Assembly (NCBI GenBank): GCA_043228905.1
Contig: JBHGNT010000003.1
Location: forward strand, 12,152,001-12,216,000
Length of the DNA: 64,000 nucleotides
DNA from: Azolla caroliniana
Lineage: Eukaryota; Plantae; Polypodiophyta
Direction: 5' to 3'
The notes below the pieces were generated by a model that did not search any database, was not told the origin of the DNA, and saw nothing but the letters and a program-made list of their open reading frames with translations. Position 1 is the stretch's first letter, and every line of letters starts with the position of its first letter. The translations under genes were made by a program, and so were the position numbers. Positions 25,801 to 38,009 of the stretch are shown here, in pieces.

Positions 25801-26515
25801 TCAGGTTCCACGGTACATGGTCAATCGTGAAGATCACCATCGGCTCCACTATTCTCGGATCGACGCACCCTATCTCCCTTGATGTAAATGCTAACGCTTT
25901 GCCGTGTTGCTCCAACATCTCGCGAAACCGTTCTTCTTCTTTTTGTAATAGGAACCCACCTCCACCGATCCGAAGTTTTTTTCGGGTCTCATCCGTGAAG
26001 GCATGTCCGATATCCACGGACTTCCGAAGTGTCGGATCTCTCGAGACTTCTTTCCTCTTTTGTTCGCTATCGGCGGGTAGTGGTCCCGCGACCGGTTTCA
26101 CCTTCTTCTCCACGGTCTTGTATTTCGTACTTACCATTGCTTCTTCTTTGTAGAGCGTATCCGGCTCCATTTTCGCAATGTTCTCGTACATCTCGACCGA
26201 TTCCACTGGGACTACCCGGTTTCCTTGGCTTTTATCTTCCGCAAGCTCTTCAAGTCGTTGTAGCGTGCTCCCATAGAACACTTCTTCGACTATCCCCACG
26301 ATTTCTTCATCTTCCTTTATTATTGATGCCGACCGCAACTTATCCTCCACTTGTCGGTATCCTTTCTTCAATCCTCCAGTTACGGTCGTGTACGTAGATG
26401 CCCCATCCGGACCGATTCGTACATGTTTTACTCCGAGAGTTTTCTTCCTATGTGGGGTATCAGGGCTTCTCGGACTATCACTTCCCCACTCTGCAACAGT
26501 CCGCTTTAAAAATCC
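22874..26515 (-). pseudogene. F RT-RNase H-integrase ORF, in -1 frame relative to gag-PR (two premature stops)
   Basis: FLDD RT motif, TVDTS RNase H, H..GH..C..C zinc finger, IADRGE/ANGKIERGH integrase core; ORFs 25640-26371, 23567-25636 and 22874-23566 are collinear and in frame. Confidence 0.9.
26440..26515 (-). promoter_or_regulatory. Putative -1 ribosomal frameshift signal of F (G GAU UUU plus pseudoknot)
   Basis: Heptamer directly before the gag-PR stop; -1 frame open into RT; stem CGGACTGTT/GATAGTCCG; loop GTGGGG complementary to downstream CCCCAC. Confidence 0.75.
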
Positions 26516-28548
26516 ATTCTCACTTGGGACAAGAGTTCCCTCTTGTTCCTTTGGTGATTTGCCGGCACCGTTAGGAATTGGACGGATTTCCCACCGTTTT
26601 GGCTCCGAATTCGCGCAAAAGCCGCACCGCTATCGAGCACCTTCGTCTCCATCCGTGATGCCGTGATAAAGGGTTGGCCGAGGATGACGGAATGTGAAAC
26701 CTCATCTTGCACGAAGAAATTTTGGTCGATCTCGACATCCCCGATCTTCACCGTCACATCCGGACAAGCCGCAAATAGATCTTCCGTTGCTTTGGTGGCC
26801 ATCCGAATCTTCCATCCATGGTTGGTGTTAATAGGCCACTTCCCCTTCCGGTAGAACTCATTGGACATCAAGTTGATCTCCGATCCATGATCAATCAAAG
26901 CTAGCATAGGTTCTTTGATGTTGCCGATTCGGACCGAAGTCTCCGTAGTCGCGCGTGCCCAATGTGGCCTTGTATAGTGAGAGTTCGGAATTTCGTCCTC
27001 CACTTCGGTATCGTTCATTAAAACGGTGTTCGCATTCACCCTTGGAGCATTTTCCTCCGTACTTTGTCTTTTTCGCTTCACGAGATCCACGAGAAGATCG
27101 TGGAACTCCTTCTTTGCTATTCCGAGTAGCTCCCGAAGCGAGAAATCTACCCGGCTATCCAAGATCCTTTCCTCAAACACTCTTTTCAAGTCGGTTTGTT
27201 GTTCTATGTCCGAGGCGAGCTTGAATGCCGGAGTCGCCTTTTCTTTTCCCTTACCTCTGGAGTTCCAGCTTTCTGGTATCTTCGATGGCCCGGCCGCATC
27301 CTCCGTGCATCGTCGTTTCTCGTCCACATACACCTTATGCAATTGACACAGGGCGTATACACTATTCTTGTCGACAGGGCACTCCCATCCCGTAGCTTCC
27401 CGGACGCCTTCTGCGGTGCTTCGGATCTCGTTGGAGTCGGTTTTCTCGGTGTTTTCTAGAACTTCCGGCCAAAAAGACGTCTTTGCTCTCGATGACTCCT
27501 CGACACATATTCCCGCGGTTGTCGCATAGTTGCTTCTTGCTGCCAATTCCTCCTCGAGCACCTTCTTCATGCCGCCTTTCCGGAAGTTCGGTCGGAGTGG
27601 CTTCCGAGAGTCCATCGAATGAATCCGGTTTCCCTCGTAGTAGATGAGATCCCGCCCTAGCGCCTCCTTATGCTCGTCGCAATCCCTCCGATCGTGTTCA
27701 GCGCTATCGCACCATATGCACCGTCGGTCCGTATACTTGGAGCTTGTGGGGCGGTCATCCGACTTCTTCACCATCGCGATCTTTAGATTCTCCATCTCCT
27801 TCAATAGTTGCTCCACCATAGATGCATCAATCCCCTTCTCGGTTGTAGTCTCCCGAGCCCTCGATTGATGGTCTTCCAATCCGGTTCTCGGTTTCAGAAT
27901 CGGTTCCGAACCCCTCTTTTCCTCGTTGGCAAGCCATTGCCCCCTCTTCGTGTATCGCGCAACGATATCCCGCATTCTTTCCCATGTTTCGGCGAGGCCA
28001 CTCTCCGTGGTCGTGTCCTCCAAGAGATGTCAGAGATCTTTCCGGTCCCGGACGTCCACGGCTCGCAAGAACATGATCACCTTGTTCGGTACGAGGATAG
28101 CTTGATCTCTCGCGGACAACCTCCCGAACCGGCTTTCGAATGCCGAAAACACATCAATGACCTTCAATCCCTTGTCCGGCATCTCCACCCAATCTTCGAA
28201 TCCCCTTCGCGTCGCCTTGGAGGAATCCTCGATGGCGAACGTCCTCTTTAGCTCTACTTCAAACGCCTCCCATGTCGGATTTTGCTGTCGTAGCCCATGG
28301 ATGCTTGCTTGAAGCCCGTCGGTCGCCACCCGGTTGAAGGACGTCACTTGCAGTCCTTCCGATATTCCGAACTGTAGCATCTCCGCCTTGTAGTCCCGAA
28401 GATACCGCGACACGTCTTTCCCGTTGAATTGCCCGTTTCGTTGCACGAGCCGCTCCACTGATGCCGCTATCTCCGACATCGCGCGTTGTTCTTGTAGCAT
28501 GCGCTCGAACATCATCATCATGTTGCTAGCCTCCGGTTGATTTTCCAT
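26506..28548 (-). pseudogene. F gag-protease ORF (one premature stop near 28027)
   Basis: CIWCDSAEHDRRDC zinc knuckle; ALIDHGSEINLM aspartic protease motif; ORFs 28030-28548 and 26506-28023 are in frame. Confidence 0.88.
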
Positions 28549-31145
28549 CTCCTTGCCACCCGGTGCTTCACTTCGGGTTCACCAACTGTGTCGTGCCTTT
28601 CGGCTCTGGATCGTTGCGTGAGTCGGGTGGGAACCACCGAGGTTTTTGACTAGGAGGAAGAGGAATACAACTTAAGGCTAGTTATGAATAGTGGAAAGAG
28701 AAGTAAGATAACAATCTCGTGAATCCCACGAGTTTAGTGTATTTAAAACAATATTTAGATTATAAGAGTAATTTAGATGACAAAATTCGTGAATCCCCCG
28801 AATATATTAGATTGATCAATCCTTGTATATTAATCAACAACCTTATACATATTTCTCTCCTCCTTATATAAAAATGGAAGAGGCTAAGCATGGCTTCATG
28901 CTTTTTCACCAAATGTGTCCATGCACACTAAATGTGCATGTGATGCTTTGTCATTTCCTAAGTATAGGGCTCATGCACGCTAGATGTGCATGAGTCACTT
29001 TTAATGTCATGTGTAAATAAAATATTCACACCCTAAAGAATACATGATTTTTACCTCTTAATAAAGGTATGTGTAAATAAAGGTCTTATACGTATTAAAT
29101 CTATATGTATAACACTAAAGATAAGTTATTACAATGGTAAAGTTGAGGTTTATCTACGTGGAGGTGCAAGGTTCGAATCCTGCCCTATGCATGTGATAAA
29201 TATTTTGATATATTATTTATTTATTTATATGTATCTAAAATCGGATATATTATTTTATGGTTTTCACGTAGTGTGTGGAATACACTACGACAACGGAGCC
29301 CAACACCACTTTCGAAATAATCCGAGAACCATGGCCGATCATTATGGCCCAGTCACAATGGGGGAAAGGAGTGTTTACGGCGGAAAGTGAGTTCTTGAAG
29401 TATCCGGACATTCCAGACACAACCTATGAATTCGACGCACTTTTACAGTTTGGAACTACGTACGAACTCATGAAATTTTTGGTGACGCAACAAATAAAGG
29501 TCTCACAACGGATGGCCGAGGAGCACGCGGAAGAACAAATGATTGAGCGCGCTAACAAGAACGGTGGAAAGCGAGGATGAGGGGCCGCTGGCTAGAGTAG
29601 GCAGACAACAGAATGTCGGTATACGCAAAATGGGAATTGAACTACCGCCATTAAATGCGGCCCTCGTCGAGTTTCATTGGGAACTGGCTAAGGTTAGTAT
29701 CGGAACCAAAGATATGGCGATTAAAAACAAAAATGTTTGGAAGACGGTTAAATAGACCCAAGCTGAGCTACAAAAGGCCAATGAACGCATCACAGAGTTG
29801 GAACAGAACGCAACTACGGCGCAACAGGAATCTTGACCAACATACAACACCGCCGAGGCCCAGTTCCTAAGAGAAGAGGTTGAAGCCCAGATCGCCATCG
29901 CCTCAAAAGAAAAAAAGGTTGTGCAGCTAGTGGAATCCGAGATTGACCGCCTCCGCTCCAAACTCCACCAATCCTCCGACAGAGAAAAGGACATCTGGGC
30001 CAAAGGCTCAAAGGCAATGAAGGCCCTTGAAGAGAAACTTGAAGCAGAGGCAGTGGCGCACACCCACACGAAAGAAGAAAACACCAAACTACGGGAGGAA
30101 GCCCAAAAGTCGGCAACGACGATCACAAGACTCCGGGCGTTATTGGAAAAGAAGAAAGCGTGGTACGACAAGCATCTCGTACGGGAATAGGAGGTGCGGC
30201 AGCAGGTCGAAATTCGCCTGAACAATGAAATGGACCGGCTAGAGGAATTACACTTGAAGGAATCTCAAATATGGGCAGGAATGAAGAGAAATTATGAGGA
30301 AGCGGTTGTGGTTAGGAAGCAAGAAATCAAAAACCTCAAGAAAACCCTGGAAGAAGTGCAAAACCACTGGCAAGTAATAACCGACAATGTGCGCATACTT
30401 CTTCAAACAAATCGGGAGAGGTTTATGGCGCAATTACAAGCGGCGCTAGACAAAGGCTGGATGGCGTGGGCAACACAAGCGGCGGAGTTTCATACCTATT
30501 GGGCAGACTGGGAGAACCATAGGAAAGACGACCGAGGTTTCTACAAACTCAATGAGGAAGGCATTGCGGCAGTACGCGAGGATTTAGCGCAGGATTATCG
30601 CATGCTAGCAGACTAGCATTCCGAAAGAACTCCCGCAACTACTGGACGATTTCGACGAAAGTCAGGAGGATATGTTTCACCGAATCATGCAAGCAAGTAG
30701 CATACGGCCAAGCGCGGAGCCCATCACGATACCAAAAAGTGATACTGCCGAACAGGAGGAACCTCAGCTCCACTTCACCGGAGATAACAACTACGGTAGG
30801 TAGCACGCGACAAAGAGCGGAGCCCATTGTGATACCACCGAACAGGAGGAACCTCAACCTAATTCACCAGAGAGAACAACTACAGCCGGCAACACTGAGG
30901 AAGTTACGGACAGGATAGAGCCTCAGCCTACCGAGAGCCCGTAGATGGAAGAGCTAGCCACAGTAGAACGGAATGAGCCAGTAGAGCCCGGTCCGCGCAC
31001 ACAAGGAGATGTTAACGCCATGGAAAGCCCCACCGAGCAAGTACAAGACATGCAACCGCGCAACGACGCGCCTACAGACACTATGTCGTCCCCGTACCAG
31101 TACATCGGAGCGAAACCAAACATCTGGGCTATTTTGGAGGAAGAA

Positions 31146-31664
31146 TAAAGGGATGGGTCCGACGTGCCATGGCACTGTCCCATAGGCGTGCCAGGTGTTG
31201 TCCGTCGGAATAGTAACCGACGAACAGAAGCACAGAAGCATTATAATATAGTAAAGCGTTAAGAAACGCATGTAACGGTTCACGCGGGAAGTGTGAACGG
31301 CTAAAAGCCCTGTGTATATAAAGGGCAAAAATCCTCTATAAGAGGTAGCGTGTAATTTTGGTGCATAGAGAGTTTTTCCTAATAGAATACTATCTTCTCT
31401 GATCTCTGTGCATATATGTGGTTTTATCTCCTACGTTCTTTGTTTCTCTGTTGCGTACTGTAAATCGTAAGGGTGTAGGTGTAAGTGCGGTTACTAGTGC
31501 ACTTCCTAAGGAGTTCGGTTATAGCCGTCTCCCTTATACACTACTAGGATACAAGTGAGTATCCCATTACGATTTATAGTACGACGGTTCCATTCCTTGT
31601 AGCATAGTCACCTTGAGGTCTACGTCGAAGGACTGAGCGTAGACAGTGTTCCTAATCGGTAACA
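31146..31664 (+). repeat. Putative 3' LTR of D (5' boundary approximate)
   Basis: Follows purine tract GGAGGAAGAA; contains TATATAAAG at about 31315; ends in CA where the copia R integrase resumes. Confidence 0.6.
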
Positions 31665-32461
31665 TCCGGTGACTCCATTTTGTTGGGGTGTGTGTCGGCA
31701 TGAGAACTCTCTCCGAATGCCTTCACTTTGGAGGTAGGAGGTGAACTCGTCAGAGAAGTACTCCTTGCCTCCATCCGATCGTAGGCATCGAATGTGCCGA
31801 CAGGTTTCTTTTTTGACTTGACGCTTGAGCTTTTGGAAGTGGGAGAGCACTTCGCTTTTCTTCTTCATCGGGTAGATCCACGTGTAGCGGGAGTTGTCGT
31901 TGATGAAGGTTACATAGTATCGGCATCCGCCGATCGCCGGCGTTTGAGCCGGTCCCCATACATCCAAGTGTCTGACGTCGAGGAGCCCTTTGCTCGTGTA
32001 GCTCTCCTTCGGGAATGGGAGTCGATGTTGTTTAGCGAGTTGACATGATTCGCATACTCGGTGGACTCGTTTTGACTCGAATGTCGGAAGTCCGATGACG
32101 AATCCCTTGGTTTGCATTGCTCGAAGTCGTTGGAGGTTTATGTGGCCAATTCTCTTATGCCACAACTCGATGCTTGTCTCGGTTTTGAGACCTTTGGCAT
32201 ACATTGCCGATTTCACCTCGTTCGAATCGAGGATGAACATTCGGCAGTCTCTTCGCCCCTTCGCTATGAGTCGGCCATCTTTCTCGATGAAACAACCTTC
32301 GTTGTTGAAGCGAACTAGCATGCCTTGCTCCACGATTTGGCCGACCGAGACCAAATTCTTTGTTATTGTGGGCACGTGCAAGACATTCTTCATGCAAGTT
32401 TGCTCCCCTTCTTTCCCGAATGGGACATTGCCGATGTGCCAAATGAGATGCATGGTGTCGT
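31665..32461 (-). mobile_element. Copia fragment R (PR C-terminus, GAG-pre-integrase, integrase core)
   Basis: ORF 31620-32453: LWHKRIGH, CESCQLAK, HLDVWGP, RSDGGKEY, HTPQQNGV. Confidence 0.88.
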
Positions 32462-33458
32462 TGTTGAATACAAATGTATAATGGACGTATTCACACTATC
32501 CTCTTAGAGAGCCCAAGTTTGGGTTATTTCTGTAAATAACATAAAGGGCAGAACCTTTTGTAAGTTTTTAGTTGTTCATTTGTTGTAGTTGTTGCCCTTT
32601 TAAGAATATAGATATATTCTTTGTGCCTCTCGCTCGCTCTCTCTCTCTCTGTGCGTCTTTGTTCTTGCCTTTCTCATACGCAGGTATTTCTTCCTCACAG
32701 TTTCATACTGTGTGATCTCTTCCGCACTAACGGCCTTGTTCATCCCCTACATTTGGTATCAGAGCTTGGATGTCCTTCATCCCGCTGCCGGCCGCCATTC
32801 GAATCTTTGGATCACAACATTCTGTTTTTTTTTGTTTTGTATTTGAAGAAACAGAGAAGAGAGAAGAAGAACAAAAACGAGGCTTGCATCTCATCGCGTT
32901 AGATCATCTTCGCTTGGAGTAAGCCAGCCGGCTATGCTCTGTTCCTCGTGATCGTAACCGCTCGAGGTGAAATCCCCTTGTGCAACATTGACACGATCGT
33001 GCTCCACTCGGTTAAACGGCATCCGAACATGTCACCGAACGCTGCTCGCTGCCCGTTGTAACCACTCGGTGCAGATCGGTCTCAAGACAACAACCCCAAT
33101 TCGTGCTTCATCCGGCTGATCGACATTCGGGAGGATCAATTGGATCCGTCTCTCTCATCGCTGCAGTCACCTGAAGCAGAATCGGTCCAGACAATCGGTT
33201 TCAATAATCGGTATTTGGCATATATATCCGGAAGCGAACCGGGCTCACTCCGACTTGGCAACATTCGGGGAGACCAGTCGGTTATGTCCCTCAAGTTAGC
33301 GGAGTCAATTCGAGCAAGTTCAACAATACATATATCCAAAACCGAACCGACTCGGGTTCAAATCCGACTAGAACGATATCGGGTGAGCAGACCGACTGCA
33401 CTCCAACAAAGTTCGTAGTCAACTCTGAACCGAGCTTCGTCAACCGAAACCGAATCTG

Positions 33459-36400
33459 ATGGCATCAACATCCGTCTCATCGGAAATGAGACTAAGGAGG
33501 TTCGACGGTTCAAACTTCAATTTTTGGAAGGAGCAAATGCAGGACTATCTTATAGTCAAGGGTCAGATCGATCCGATTGAGAATGAAACTGCTCCAGAAA
33601 TATACAAGGCAAATGAGTGGCAGAAGCTGGACAGAATCGTTCGCGCCACCATTCGGATGCACCTGTCGGAGTCAGTGTACTTCACAGTGCAATCGTGCAC
33701 GACAACCTTCGAACTTTGGAAGAAGCTGTCGAAAACCTACGAAAAGAAGGTCGCCTCAACGAAGATATATTTGATCCGGCACCTCTACAACTTGCAGATG
33801 AAAGACTCCGATTCGGTTCAGGCACACCTTAACGAGTACGAAAGTTTCAGCTCCCAAATCTCGTCACAGGGGATGACAATCGAGGATGAACTCAGAGCAA
33901 TGATACTCATGAGCAGTCTCCCCTCCTCTTGGGAAACCTTCGTTACAACTGTGTGCAACGCTTCTACGACTGCCATCAAGTACTCCGAAGTCACAAGTGC
34001 AATCCTGACTGAAGCAGCTCGGAGAAAGTCTTTCACCAAAGACTCGGCAGAAGAAGCCTATGTAGTACAAGGTTCGACCGACCGATCGAACAACCGGGGA
34101 AGAAGCTCTTCCCGACCGCCGACAAATCAGCAAAGCCGCAATAAGTCCCAGGAAACTCGAATTTGCAACTACTGCAAGAAACCGGGACACATCAAGGCCG
34201 ACTGACGGGTACTCAAGTCAAGGACAGACAAAGCTCAGAGAGCTGATCAGAGGAGTAACCGGCTTGAGGAAGTCAACTATGTTGGCTCTTCAGCCGAGAT
34301 ATTGATGACCGACCCAAACATATTGTCCATAAAGAATCCAGTCGAATCAGAAGTTCTGCTTACGATTGAGGAATCGAGCACATGGCTTCTGGACTCGGGC
34401 GCGTCGTATCACGTGACACCTCACCGATCACAGTTTTGGCAATATTCGGACCGGCACTCCGACTCAGTTCGGGTCGGAAATTCGCAGCACTGTGCTATCA
34501 TCGGAATTGGCACCGTAGAGCTCAACCTTCCGGGTGGCTCTACTCTTGTACTACACAACGTCCGACACGTTCCTGAGCTCTCACGACCCTTGATCTCAGT
34601 CGGACAACTTGATGAAGTTGGCATCCGTGCTGGTTTCTCATCAGGAGGGTGGACACCCCACAAAGGGGAAATATGGACCGGCAGAAAGCCGAATTATGAT
34701 AAGCTGAGGATTTTCGGTTGCCAGGCATACGCCCTCATACCGAAAGGCGACCGCCGAAATCTCGAACCGAGATCAAGGAAATGCGTTTTCCTCGGGTATG
34801 GACCCGACGGCGAGATCGGATACCGACTCTGGGACCCCGAGCACAGGCAAATCGTCCGAAGTTCGGACGTCGTGTTCAACGAGTCGACTATGCACAAAAC
34901 GGCCGAAAGGCCTATGGAAGTGTGAAGGGTAATATTTTCCGAAGTGCCAACCACCCTTCATGACGGCCCAACACACAACGTGAGATCGGTTTCACCGGTA
35001 ACCGACTTCTCTCACATCGAATCCACAGATTTGGCATAGCCGAATGGCTCGGCTTCCGACCATCCGACATCGACACCCGGTGCGACCAGTCCAGTCATAC
35101 CTCGAAGATCCGAGAGACTGTCGCAACCTCTAGAGAGGTACTCTCCCAGAATTTTCTTCACCGACGCCGGCGAACCGACGTCCTACGAAGAAGCATTGGC
35201 AGCTGCCGATTCAGCCACCTGGCATCTGGCAATGGAGTCAGAAATGCACTCCATCCGTGCCAACAAGACTTGGGATCTGGTCAACTTACCGAAGAATCGA
35301 CGTGCTCGTCCTTGCAAGTGGGTCTATAGACTAAAGGAGACGTCCGACTCGACCACCTCAAAGTACAAGGCCAGATTAGTTGCGAAGGGATTTCGACAGG
35401 AATATGGCGTCGACTTCGACGAAATCTTTTCACCAGTGGTGAAAATGACAACCCTTCGTTTCATGCTCGGTGTTGTGGCTGCCGACAATTTGGAGCTGAT
35501 TTAGCTAGATGTGAAAACAACATTCCTCCACAGTGATCTAAAAGAGGAAATCTACATGGAGCAGCCGAAAGGCTTTGTGGCCACCGGTCAGGAACATCTA
35601 GTCTGCCGACTCAGGAAGAGTCTTTACGGCCTGAAACAGGCACCCCGACAGTGGTACAAGAAGTTCGACGATTTCCTCCAGTCAGTCAGCTTCTCCAAAA
35701 TCGATGAGGACCACTGCCTCTTCACCAAAACCGCTCAAGACGGTTCTCCCGTCTTCCTCATCATCTACGTGGACGACATGCTACTCTCCGGTCGGCATAC
35801 CGGAGAGCTCACCGAACTCGTTCGGAAACTGCGATTGAAGTTTGCCATGAAGGACCTCGGTCCAGCAAGACACATACTCGGAATGAAGATTAGTCGGAAT
35901 CGCGCCAAAAGACAACTTTTTCTGTCTCAAACCGACTACATCGGACGTGTCTTGGAACGCTTCAACATGTAATCGGCCAAGTCTGCTTCGACCCCGCTCC
36001 CCATTCATCTTCGGCTTTCTCAGCGAGACTGCCCGACATCTAGTCAGGAGGGGGAAGATATGAAGTCGGTACCGTATGCACCGGCAGTAGGCTCTCTAAT
36101 GTACGCGATGGTCACGACACGGCCTGATATCTCTCACGCCGTAGGAGTCATCAGCAGATTTATGCACAATCCCGGTCGATCGCACTGGAACGCAGTCAAG
36201 TATGTGTTCAGATATTTAGCTGGCACAAAAGACCACGACATCCTTTTCGGTCCGAACTCAACTTCAGGCGTAGTCGGTTACACTGACTCGGACTTTGTCA
36301 GCTGTGTGGACAGTCGCAAGTCAACAACCGGATATTGTTTTAAATTCGGCAATGGAGCAATCTCGTGGAAGTCGAAACTTCAGGAGTGCACAGCTACCTC

Positions 36401-36719
36401 AACGACCGAAGCAGAATATGTAGCTGCCTCCGACGCAGCGAAAGAAGCTTTATGGCTTGGTCGGCTGGCGCACACATTTCGGCAAGTCGACTCCGACTCG
36501 GCTCCAGTTGTCTACAACAACAGTCAGAGTGTCGTTGCTTTGTCGAAAAATCCGGTTCATCACAACGCCTCCAAGCATATCGAAGTTCGATATCACTTTG
36601 TTCGGGACTGCGTCATTTCCGGGAAAATCGGTTTAGAGAAGATATCCACAACCGATAATGTCGCAGATGGAATGACCAAGTGTCTTTCGGCAGATCGGTT
36701 CCGGTCTCTTCGGCAATAG
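33459..36719 (+). pseudogene. Copia M gag-pol, several stops, integrase core deleted near 34660
   Basis: ORFs 33459-34205, 34302-34925, 35196-35504, 35511-35972, 36060-36719. Confidence 0.88.
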
Positions 36720-36844
36720 ATGGGCGTAACAACATATCGGTTTAGAGAAGATATCCACAACCGATAATGTCGCAGATGGAATGACCAAGTGTCTTTCGGC
36801 AGATCGGTTCCGGTCTCTTCAGCAACAGATGGGCGTAACAACAT
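36627..36844 (+). repeat. 109-bp tandem duplication at the end of M RNase H
   Basis: 36627-36735 repeated at 36736-36844 (2 differences), bounded by ATCGGT microhomology. Confidence 0.92.
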
Positions 36845-37374
36845 ATCGGTCCGGTTGAAGCCGGACATAGTGCAGGACGGTTTTGGACAACAGACATCGG
36901 TTCACTGACAATCGGCTTCAGCTTTTCTGACCCGACCAGTTCGGTCTTCTGTCTACGGATCATGCCGATTCGAACAAAACCGACCTGTCCAAGAACCTAT
37001 GCCTATACCCGTATTTTTTAGATAACCCATGTATACACCCATTACGGGGGAGTGTCAAATACAAATGTATAATGGACGTATTCACACTATCCTCTTAGAG
37101 AGCTCAAGTTCGGGCTATTTCTGTAAATAACATAAAGGGCAGTTGCCCTAAGTGAGTCACTATATAAAGTGACTTTGTAACCTTTTTTAAGTTTTTGGTT
37201 GTTCATTTGTTGTAGTTGTTGCCCGTTTAAGAATATAGATATATTTTGTGTGCCTCTCGCTCTCTCTCTCTTTGTGCGTCTTTGTTCTTGCCTTTCTCAT
37301 ACGCAGGTATTTCTTCCTCACAGTTTCATACTGTGTGATCTCTTCCGCACTGACGGCCTTGTTCATCCCCTACA

Positions 37375-37620
37375 GTCCTCTCCAGGGAACCGAGATTGCA
37401 ATGGCGAACAAAGCCGAACGCTGGATGGAAGCCGCACGGAAGTCGACACTGAAAGCCGAACAATGCCGAAAGCAGAACTGGATGTCGGACACTCACACTT
37501 GAGCTTGAGGGGGCGTGTTGAGAGATCAAGCTCAACTCAATTTAGCTAGTTAGTCAACCATGTAACTTCGTAGTTACCTAGATAGAATCTAGTTAGAAGT
37601 GTTGACTATAACGCCTTAAA
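37375..37620 (+). mobile_element. 3' end of a J-like copia: PPT and start of LTR (right boundary approximate)
   Basis: TTGAGCTTGAGGGGGCG followed by TGTTGAGAGATCAAGCTCAAC at 37516, similar to J (TTGAGTTTGAGGGGGAG TGTTGAGCGGCAAGCTCAAC). Confidence 0.65.
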
Positions 37621-37833
37621 TAGGACCTTGTACTTAAGTGGGATATTCTAGATCCTCCACTCCTAAGTACATTTAATATAGGACTTACACCTTAGTACCT
37701 ATATTCTACTCACACATGTGCACCTTTGCACATGAGATGTATATATACCTCATTGTGGGTATTTTTGGATTTGATGATGATCATGCTAATTTAATATACT
37801 TACTCATCCCCCATCTTGTGTTGTTCATAAGTG

Positions 37834-37835
<2 letters not shown>

Positions 37836-37875
<40 letters not shown>

Positions 37876-37896
37876 TCTCACACACATACACACACA
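37836..37896. repeat. (CT)n(CA)n microsatellite
   Basis: Direct reading. Confidence 0.9.
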
Positions 37897-38009
37897 TATC
37901 ACTTAATCTTCCGCTTAACTTAATCACATAATTAGGTACTAATTAACCCTTAATTACTTACCTAATTATTAACACACAGACACACAAAGAAGGGCTACAC
38001 AAACAACGC

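Larger units (their letters stand above)
22214..29292 (-). mobile_element. Full-length gypsy element F (non-chromovirus, Phygy-like, tRNA-Trp PBS, 4-bp TSD)
   Basis: TSD ACGG at 22210-22213 and 29293-29296; LTRs 22214-22916 and 28589-29292; PBS TGGTGAACCCGAAGTGAA; PPT GGAGGGGGCGAG; gag-PR-RT-RH-INT with three premature stops. Confidence 0.95.
14718..31664 (+). mobile_element. Ty3/gypsy element D (Athila/Tat-like non-chromovirus), 5'-truncated, host of E and F
   Basis: PR-RT-INT fragments 14718-17660 (KPIQQRRYRMNP, VFLDDF, WGLDFVGP, YYPQANG); long 3' extra-ORF region; putative 3' LTR ending GGTAACA at 31664. Confidence 0.8.
32462..37374 (+). mobile_element. Copia element M with internal integrase deletion
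   Basis: LTRs 32462-32751 and 37053-37374; PBS TGGTATCAGAGC 32754-32765; PPT ACGGGGGAG; flanks GTCGT/GTCCT (1 mismatch); gag 33459-34205, PR WLLDSGAS, RT YVDDML, RNase H 36060-36719. Confidence 0.93.

Noticed and set aside
29543-30616. Host coiled-coil (myosin/SMC-like) gene
   Set aside because: It lies between the integrase and putative 3' LTR of D, has multiple stops and no introns; treated as a retroelement accessory ORF.
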